Shown piece after piece: positions 38,839 to 47,969 of a stretch of DNA of 64,000 nucleotides. A model generated the notes under the pieces. That model worked only from the letters and a program-made list of their open reading frames with translations, did not search any database and was not told the DNA's origin. Within the stretch, counting starts at the first letter, position 1, and each line of letters starts with the position of its first letter. The DNA is from Octopus bimaculoides. Its lineage: Eukaryota. Both the position numbers and the translations under genes were made by a program. The stretch spans positions 18,348,021 through 18,412,020 of the forward strand of contig NC_068996.1 in the NCBI RefSeq assembly GCF_001194135.2, given 5' to 3'.

Positions 38839-39825
38839 TTACTCTCTCTTTGTGCCTCCTTGTTCTGTCATAATGTGTTGGTTGTAAGCAAGTGTCACCA
38901 GTCTTCTGTGAAAACATGTTCTGATCATGGAGAAATATTATCTTGCTTGGAAACAGGTGAGGGTTGGCAACAGGAAGGGTATCCAGCCATAGAAAATCTG
39001 CCCCAGTTAATTCTGTCCTATCCATGCAAGCATGGGAAAGTTGATATTAAATGACGATGATGATGGTGATGATGATGTTACCCTGGTTGCTAACCATCAC
39101 CTGTTTTTCAAGTAAAGGATTTATTCTGAACATTTTTGAAAGTGCAGTGCAAGTAGTTATAATACTGAAATCCATGTATGCATGCAAAGGCATATGTGCA
39201 AATACACATTATCCACACTCTCCAAAACTCACTAGCCTCTCATCTGCTAGTGTAAAACTGCCCTTTCATGGTTCGTAGCCTTGTATCACAATCTCATTGG
39301 TGCTGGTGGCACAAATATTGCACTCAGTTCATGCTGTAAAAATGTAGGCTTCAGGAAGGGCCTTCATCTATAAAAACCTTACCAATACATGCAGTGGATG
39401 CAGTCCTTGGACTTGTCCAATCTTGTTAAACTGTTCCATCTTAATTGTACCCTAACCTTATCCACACTTCTCCAATGTGTGTACCATTATGGCTACTTTA
39501 CAGCATGAAACCTGTTTTTCTCTGGCCCCTTCTCTCATACTTTAACTATTCATTTCCTTGCATAAATCACTGCCATGGGGGTTCATTGTCCTGCAAACTG
39601 CATGGTGACTTGACTAATACTGGTAGCATGAAAAAAAGCACCTTGTATATAAAATGGTTGGCTGTAGAAATCGTGCCAGAGCAGATACTAGAGCATGTTG
39701 CTCTCAAACTGTCCAGTCTATGCCAGCATGGAATATGGATGTTAAAAAATGATGAATAAAACAAATTAGTTAACTGCATTGGACCTAACCCTCCAAAAAC
39801 CTGATTATTTTCTTATCTGTTTCAG

Positions 39826-39934
39826 GCGGAAGTATGATGCAATGAACCCACACAACCTGTTTTCTCTCATTGGAGAAAGACTGATGCTCAACATACACTC
39901 TATTACAATAGCCACTTACAATGTTTTGTTTGAG
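39826..39934 (+). CDS. NBEA: Neurobeachin exon 19 (109 nt, phase 2-0)
   Basis: gtttcag|G..GAG|gtaagt; KRKYDAMNPHNLFSLIGERLMLNIHSITIATYNVLFE. Confidence 0.93.
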
Positions 39935-40510
39935 GTAAGTCATTATAATATTATTTTTATTTGGTTTGTTCTTTGGGTTTTGTGTGTCTGTGTCTCCATG
40001 TCCTAATATCGATTTCAAATTTTGGCACAAGGCCAGCAGTTTCAGGGTAGAAGGTTAAGTCAATTAAATAGACCCCAGTGCTCAACTGGTACTTAGCTTA
40101 TTGACTCCAAAACAAGGAACAGCAAAGCTGACCTTGGCAGCATTTGAACTCAGAACATGCAGATGGAAGAAATGTTGTTAGGTATTTTGCCCGGCATGCT
40201 AATGATTCTGCCAGCTCATCGCCTTTTTGCTAATAAATATTATATGAGGATTGTAGGTAAACATCACCTGTGTTATTCATTTCCAGTCTTCTCTGAAGAT
40301 ATGTCTTGCCATGGGGAAATATAAATCTTGCTTGGAAACAGGTTAGGGGGTGACACAACAAGAATTCTGACACTCGCATGTGTGGAAAAGTGGACTTCAA
40401 AATAATGCTCCTTCTGTCGCCAACCCTCTCCTGTTTTACAAGAGATTTATTTCAAATTTCTTTGAATGTATACAACAAACTATTACATTGTCAGCATCCA
40501 CGTATGTATG

Positions 40511-40545
<35 letters not shown>

Positions 40546-41068
40546 ATGCAGAGGCATCTGTGCATATTCATGAAGGGATACTGAAAAGTTTCTGGCTTTG
40601 AGTAAAAGAAAATACAGAAGGATTAATTAATTATGGTTTTATCCAACATATTCCCCTCTTAGATTCACACCTGTACTGCAGCATTCCTTCAGTTTTTCTA
40701 AGCCTTGTATAAGAACTCGGAATGTTGGGCCTCCAACCAGGCCTTTCTCAGTATCCTTAAATCCAGGGACTTTAAGCACTCCTTTATAGATGCACTCACT
40801 ATCCAAGGTGTCCACAAATTATTTATATAATAGTGGTACTTACATACAATCCCTCTGGCACATCAATCTCTCTTTTGGGTTTGGTTACCATGCATTTAAA
40901 ATTCAAATTATTATTATTATTTTTTTTTAATTATGGAAGTGGTGGGGGTCAATAAGATATCAACAATTCCATCAAGGGGTCTATGATGGAAGACGTTTGC
41001 CTGCACCTGTTTACAACAATTACCATTTATGCAAACAGATTAATGGGTTTTGTCTTTGCGTGTTTCAG

Positions 41069-41150
41069 ATATTAACAGAACGTCTTACCTTGGAATACAG
41101 CCATGATAAGCATGTTGAACCAGAATCTTATTACAAACTTGAAAATCCAG
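41069..41150 (+). CDS. NBEA: Neurobeachin exon 20 (82 nt, phase 0-1)
   Basis: gtttcag|ATA..CCAG|gtaaga; ILTERLTLEYSHDKHVEPESYYKLENP. Confidence 0.92.
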
Positions 41151-41430
41151 GTAAGAGGATTCACCTAGCTCTCAGACTAAATTATCATCTTCATCATAGG
41201 TGCATATGTGGCTGTGTCATTAAGAATATTGCTTCTCAATCGCATGGTTTCAAGTTCAGCTCCACTATGTGATACCTTGGCTAGAGTCTGCTACTATACT
41301 CCTGGCTGACCAAAGCCTTTTAAGTAAATTTCAAAGACAGAAACTGAAAGATCTGTGTGCGTTATATAAACATATGTGCACTGATGTTATCACCAGCAGC
41401 AGAATTTTGGAAATGAATGACACTGCTTGT

Positions 41431-43256
41431 ATCATCATCATCGTTTAACATCTGCTTTCCATGCTGGCATGGGTTGGACGATTTGACTGAGGACTGGCAA
41501 GCCAGAAGGCTGCACCAGGCTCCAATCTGATCTGGCAGAGTTTCTGCAGCTGGATGCCCTTCCTAACGCCAACACTCCGAGAGTGTAGNNNNNNNNNNTT
41601 CTGCAGCTGGATGCCCTTCCTAACGCCAACACTCCGAGAGTGTAGTGGGTGCTTTTACGTGCCACCGACATGAGGGCCAGTCAGGCAGTACTGGCAATGG
41701 CCATGCTTAAATGGTGCTTTTTACATGCCACCTGCACAGGAGCCAGTCCAGTGGCACTGGTAACAACCTCACTTGAATATTTTTCACGTGCCACCGGCAC
41801 AAGTGCCAGTGAGGCGATGCTGGTAATGATCACGCTCAAATGGTGTTTTTTACGTGCCACCGGCATGGAAGCCAGTCAGCTGCTCTGGCAACGATCACGC
41901 TCGGATGCTGCTGTTAGCGCTCCACTAGCATGGATGCCAGTCATCGAATTTGATTTCGATTTCACTTGCCTCAACAGGTCTTCGCAAGCAGAGTTTAGTG
42001 TCTAATGAAGGAAAGGTATGCATAAGTGAGCTGGTTACACTACTGGCATAGGCCACGGGTTATGGTCACACTTGGTTTGCTGGGTCTTCTCAAGCACAGC
42101 ATATTTCCAAAGGTCTCGGTCACTAGTCATTGCCTCGGTGAGGCCTAATGTTCGAAGGTTGTGCTTCACCACCTCATCCCAAATTTTCCTAGGTCTGACC
42201 ATACCAACGCAGTCGTCTCTTCTGCACACCACATCTGATGCTTCTTAGGTCCAAATTTTCTCTCAAGGTACTTACACTCTGTCAAGTATGCACACTGACA
42301 TTACACATCCAGCGGAGCATTCTGGTTTTGTTCCTTGCAAGCTTACGCATGTCCTCAGCAGTCATGGCCCATGTTTCACTGCCATATAGCATGACTGTTC
42401 AAACACATGCGTCATACAGTCTACCTTTTTCTCTGAGTGAGAGGCCTTTGTCACCAGCAGAGGTAAGAGCTCTCTGAACTTTGCCCAGGCTATTCTTATT
42501 CTAGCAGCTACACTTTCAGTGCACCCACCCCAGCTACTGTCTTGGTCACCTAGGTAACAGAAACTATCAACTACTTCTAGTTTTTCTCCCTGGAATGTGG
42601 CAGAAGTTGTTTTCTGCATATTTTCAGTGTTTGTTGCTCCTGAGCATCTGCCACATACAAAAACTATCTTCCTAGTTAGCCTTCCTTTGATATTGCTGCA
42701 CCTCTTATGTGTCCATAGCTTACACTGGGTACATCTTATGGAGTTTCTACCTACACATTTTCTACAGATCAAGCAGGGCCATCTACCTGAAGGGATTTGT
42801 GATTTGTCTGCCTTCCTACTTATTAAGACTTTGGTTTTAGCTAGGTTGACTCTAAGGCCCTTTGATTCTAATCCTTGCTTCCACACCTGAAACTTGTCCT
42901 CTTGTTGTGATAGTGACTCAGCAAATAGGGCAAAGTCATCAGCATAGAGGAGCTCCCAAGGGCATCCTGTCTTGAATTCCTCTGCTATTGCCTGGAGGAC
43001 TATGATAAATAGGAGGGGGCTGAGGACTGAACCTTGGTGGACCCCTACCTCTACCCGGAATTCATTACTGTACTCGTTTCCAACCCTCACCTTACTGACA
43101 GCGTCCCAGTACATGGCTCGCACAGCTCTCACTAACCATTCATCTATCCCTAGTTTCCTCATTGACCACCGGATAAGGGATCGGGAGACCTTGTGAAAGG
43201 CTTTCTCCATGTTAACAAAAGCCAGGTACAGAGGTTTATCTTTGGCTAGGTATTTC
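41431..43256 (-). mobile_element. RTE-clade LINE, 5'-truncated: RT, PHD-type finger, ORF end, repeat-containing 3'UTR and (GAT)n tail
   Basis: ORF 42362..43273: YLAFVNMEKAF, HQGSVLSPLLF, LYADD, KTKVL, FCYLG. Frameshift near LVTK, then YGSETW-type C-terminal region. The tail reads (CAT)n on + at about 41431. Confidence 0.92.
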
Positions 43257-43673
43257 ATGACAGTGACAATCATTTACAGCTATCACATAATGTCAAGACA
43301 AGGTGACACACACACACACACACACACACTGTTGGTCACAATGTGCTTTCTTGCATTATTTTAGCTTTTGAATTATACCACGCTGCAGTTTATAACATCT
43401 GATAGTCTAGGTGATACAGTGATGTGTGTGCGTGTGTGTGTGTGTGTGAAGTAGGCTTCTTTCAGTTTACATCTACCAAATCCACTCACAAAACTTTGAT
43501 TAGTCCAAGTCTTTAGCAGGAGACATTTCTCAAAGTTGCCACACAATGGGCCAAAAGCTGAAACCTTGTGGTTTGGGAAGTAAACTTTATGAACTCTACA
43601 AAGTGAAAGCTGTACAGGAATTTGAGTGTTAAAAAGTCTGAAGTTATGTTTCCTTTTTCTTTTTATCTTGCAG

Positions 43674-43797
43674 CAATTCTCAAAGTCGTTGCTACAATGA
43701 TTCGACAGTCAAAGCATTCTGCCGAACTAATGGAAGTGAAGAAAATGTTCCTGTCAGATTTGACCATTATGTGTAATAACAACAAAGAAAACAGAAG
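43674..43797 (+). CDS. NBEA: Neurobeachin exon 21 (124 nt, phase 1-2)
   Basis: cttgcag|CA..AG|gtttgt; [41 protein letters not shown]. Confidence 0.93.
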
Positions 43798-44014
43798 GTT
43801 TGTAATTTTCAGTTTGTCATTTTTATGTATGTGTGTTACACATTATGGGCAGCAAAACTACAGAGTTATTTGAAGTTAAGATAAAATTCATCGTTTAAAC
43901 ATCCACTGATTAAATTCTTCAAAAGGGTAGTGTATTTCAACAGAAATATAGGAAAATAACCCTTTTGATATCAAACCACCTGGTTCTATGGTACAAACTT
44001 CCTGTTTTAAAATG

Positions 44015-44396
44015 GTTGGCACTCCGTCGCTTACGACGTCGAGGGTTCCAGTTGATCCGATCAATGGAACAGCCTGCTCGTGAAATTAACACGCAAGTGG
44101 CTGAGCACTCCACGGACACATGTACCCTTAACATAATTCTCGGGGATATTCAGCGTGACACAGTGTGTGACAAGGCTGACCCTTTGAATTACAGGCACAA
44201 CAGAAACAGGAAGAAAGATTGAGAGAAAGTTATGGTGAAAGAGTACAGCAGGGTTCGCCACCATCCCCTGCTGGAGCCTCATGGAGCTTTAGGTGTTTTA
44301 GCTCAATAAACACTCACAACGCCCGGTCTGGGAATCGAAACCGCGATCCTATGACCGCGAGTCTGCTGCCCTAACCACTGGGCCATTGCACCTCCA
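44015..44396 (-). mobile_element. tRNA-derived SINE family T
   Basis: Full reverse-strand copy. Confidence 0.88.
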
Positions 44397-44744
44397 CGAA
44401 GGAAATATATGGCTACCCAAACAGGATGGAAGAAAGCATGGTGAAAATGAAGTATCAAAGTACACCCTCAAAATACAAGAAGGTGGATAAAGAAAGATTA
44501 GGGACAACGAATGGAAGCTGGCTGCAATTAATTATAGTTGCATGAAGTAGTATTGAGTAAAATATATGCTTGTACAATGATATTTAACATGTTCTTGTAC
44601 ATTTGAATATGGGATGACCTTCTGGTATCTGTGGTTCCATAAATTGAAAATTTGGAGTTTGAGCTATTACATGCAAATTTCCTAGCCAGCACAGGTAAAA
44701 CAGTGATCATGAAATATTTAAAAAAAAAAATTTTTTTTTTACAG

Positions 44745-44937
44745 AACACTTCTTCAGATGTCTGTTTGGCAAGAATGGCTTTTCAGTATGGCATACATCT
44801 ACCCAAGGAATCTCGATGAACAAAAGATCACAGACATGGTCATGTCACTCTTCCGAATGCTTCTGCACCATGCTATAAAATTTGAATATGGTGGGTGGCG
44901 TGTCTGGGTGGACACCCTTGCAATATTACATTCAAAG
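44745..44937 (+). CDS. NBEA: Neurobeachin exon 22 (193 nt, phase 2-0)
   Basis: tttacag|A..AAG|gtagga; [65 protein letters not shown]. Confidence 0.95.
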
Positions 44938-45801
44938 GTAGGATTTTTTTATTTTTATTTATATTATTTTCATGCTTGAATTCAAGTCTGTTTTTGCTAT
45001 TGATAAAGCACCCATGCAGTTAATAACAGATATACTGATGCAAATCACAACTAACTGTATTTTGTAGTTGCTGTAAGGAACATAGATAATCATGAAAAAT
45101 AGAGCTTTAGTTTTCAGGCCAAAATATAGGCACAGGTATGGTTATAGGTACAGCCTAAAACCAAGAAGTTTGTTTCTCAACCACATGGTTCTCAGTTCAG
45201 TCCCATTGTGTGGCACCTTGGGCAAGTATTTTCTACTATAACCCTGGGCTGATTGAAGCCTGGTGAATGGATTTGCTAAATGGAAACTGAATGAAATCCA
45301 TCATATATATATGTGTTTGCCAGTCACCATCAGTTAAACATCCATTTTTCCAGGCTTGCATGGGTCTGACAGAATTTGTTGAGGCAGTTTATTCTATAGC
45401 CTGATGCCCTTCCTGTCATAAACCCTCGCTTGTTTCCAAAGAAAGTAATATTTCCTCATGGTCAGACACGCTTTTCATGGAAGACTGGAACCAAACAACC
45501 TCACTTGTATGATGATTATATTCATTTATAAACTTCACACAATATCAAGGCGCGCGCACACACACACACACACACAAGTATGTATGTATGGGTATATGTG
45601 TTTACAATGGGGTTCTTTCATTTTTTTTGTCTACTAAATCCACTCACAAGGTTTTGGATCTCCTGGGACTATAGTAGAAAACACTTGCCTATGGTGTTAC
45701 ACAGTGGGACTGTATCAGAGACAACGTAATTGCCATAGCCATTCTTGTATATGTATGTGTTTGTGTGTATGTATACACATGTATGTAAATATATATATAT
45801 A

Positions 45802-46663
45802 TCTTATTAAAACTGAAAATGTCTCTGTGTGTATCGGTATGTCCTCATTTTGCTCCAAAACGGCTTGACCAATTTTTCTTAAACTTCACATGCACATTGC
45901 TTATGTATCTGGGGAGGTTTTAAGTATAAATTGATTTCGAAAAAATGTTGAGGTAAACAGCGGGAGGAATAACATTTGGGTGCAGTTGAATGGCGGGCGT
46001 AATTATTTTAAGCTTCCAAGGGAAATAACCCATTCCCTCCTTTGTAAATTATTTGGTAAAAATGAAATCGAATATACTTATTTCTTAGTACTTGAACTAT
46101 TTTAGTTATTTTCTCAATTTATCCAGTACAAGGCTTAAACATGTTAACAGTATTCTCCTAGATCCACTTATTTCGGTTAGTGACTTATTCATGAATATAC
46201 CAACTCTAGCTCTGCTGAGGGTAATATTCTCTGGGAATGCACAAAAGCTTTTTTCACAGTTAATTACTTTGAATTGTTATTATCTCATATCTGATTAGCC
46301 TGTTGTTACGTAACGTTTCACGATTTTAGTATACATACCTTATTAGTATTTCCTCCTATGTTCTATATACTCTGGGAACATATTAAAGCCCTTTTCAGGG
46401 CTACTTTATTTGAATTCTTACTATAGGGTAATTAATTTCATGTTATTACGTAACTGACCTCACAGTTTGGGTATTCATAACTTATTGGGAATTCCTAAAA
46501 ACAAGATCCTTTGTAAGACAGTTCAGTATTCTCAATGAATACACAAAAACCATTTTAAGGGCTACATACTTTGTATTGTTGTTACTGTATTAGCGAAACA
46601 ATTATGAGAATGGAACCAAGGGATAAGCCCGCTTTCCCGGGAATGACCGTGCATGTCACCTAT
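45802..46663 (+). mobile_element. Probable non-autonomous Helitron-like element
   Basis: Starts A|TC in a (TA)n context, TCTTATTAAAACTGAAAATGTCTCTGTGTGT..CCAAAACGGCTTGACCAATTTT. Ends in a degenerate GC hairpin (CCCGGGAATGACCGTG) plus CTAT instead of the canonical CTRR. No ORF. Confidence 0.5.
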
Positions 46664-46667
46664 AAAT

Positions 46668-46857
46668 ATCATCATCATCATCATCATTTAACGTCCACTT
46701 TCCATGCTAGCATGGGTTGGACGATTTGACTGAGGACTGGCAAACCAGATGGCTACACCAGGCTCCAATCTGATCTGGCAGAATTTCTACAGCTGGGTGC
46801 CCTTCCTAACGCCAACCACTCCAAGAGTGTAGTGGGTGCTTTTACGTGCCACTGGCA
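46668..46857 (-). mobile_element. RTE 3'-tail copy (left arm of an inverted pair); similar short copies at about 11735, 20303, 25275 (-) and 31603 (+)
   Basis: (CAT)n-TTTAACGTCC..CATGCTAGCATGGGTTGGACG..CTTTTACGTGCCAC, matching the 3' end of the RTE copies. Confidence 0.85.
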
Positions 46858-46867
46858 TATACACATA

Positions 46868-47093
46868 TACACTCTTTTACTCTTTTCTCTTTTACTTGTT
46901 TCAGTCATTTGACTGCAGCCATGCTGGAGCATCACCTTTAGTCGAGCAAATCGACCCTAAGACCTATTCTTTGTAAGCCTAGTACTTATTCTATCGGTAT
47001 CTTTTGCTGAACTGCTAAGTGATGGCTACGTAAACACACCAGCATCAGTTGTCAAGTGATGTTGGGGGGACAAACACAGACACACAAACATAT

Positions 47094-47129
<36 letters not shown>

Positions 47130-47299
47130 ATATATATGACGGGCTTCTTTCAGTTTCCATCTGCCAAATCCACTCACAAGGCTTTGGTCAGCCCGAGGCT
47201 ATAGTAGAAGACACTTGCCCAAGGTGCCACGCAGTGGGACTGAACCCAGGACCATGTGGTTGGTAAGCAAGCTACTTACCACACAGCCACTCCTGCACC

Positions 47300-47301
<2 letters not shown>
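46868..47301 (-). mobile_element. SINE family C (CORE-like head, internal TA/TG microsatellite), tail type i
   Basis: Head GTGGCTGTGTGGTAAG..GGTTCAGTCCC, then GGCACCTTGGGCAAGTGTCTT (resembles the CORE-SINE motif as I recall it). Near-identical to 21572-21905; partial copies at about 1050, 5545, 11563, 16314 and elsewhere. Confidence 0.8.
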
Positions 47302-47330
<29 letters not shown>

Positions 47331-47339
47331 GTATGTGTG

Positions 47340-47585
47340 CAGGTGGCACGTAAAATACACCATTTTGAGCGTGGCCGTTGCCAGTACTTCCTGACTGGCC
47401 TTCGTGCTGGTGGCACGTAAAAGCACCCACTACACTCTCGGAGTGGTTGGCGTTAGGAAGGGCACCCAGCTGTAGAAACTCTGCCAAATCAGATTGGAGC
47501 CTGGTGCAGCCATCTGGTTCACCAGTCCTCAGTCACATCGTCCAACCCATGCTAGCATGGAAAGCGGACGTTAAACGATGATGAT
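47340..47585 (+). mobile_element. RTE 3'-tail copy (right arm of the inverted pair)
   Basis: GTGGCACGTAAAAGCACCC..GCATGGAAAGCGGACGTTAAAC(GAT)n. Confidence 0.85.
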
Positions 47586-47969
47586 ATAAAATAAAATGTA
47601 TGCATGTGTGCATATGTTCACATTTTTCTCTCGTGCTCACTGGTTTGTAAACAATGATTTCCTGTCAATATTATTGCTAAGATAGCTGGTCTTCTTGGCA
47701 TCTCTTGACATGTGCAATCTTTGTAAGCAAAAAGCTCCTTAAATAGGGTGATTTGTTTCCAGTTCTCCTTGTAAAGCATGTCTAGTTTGCCTTTTTCTCA
47801 GTGAACTAGGAGGGTATTTCTTTTCTTAGTGTAGGTTAGCAAGGGGAAGGACATCTTGCCATAATAATAACTCCCAATGTACTCTCTTCAGACCTATACT
47901 AGCGTCGAAAAGTTGTTAAAATGTTGATAAGGTAATTACAGGCTTTCTTTTCTGGTTTTCTTTTTTTAG

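Noticed and set aside
41543-41645. ~46-bp direct duplication around a 10-N gap
   Set aside because: Identical sequence on both sides of a minimal gap is typical of unmerged contig overlap, so it is probably an assembly artefact.
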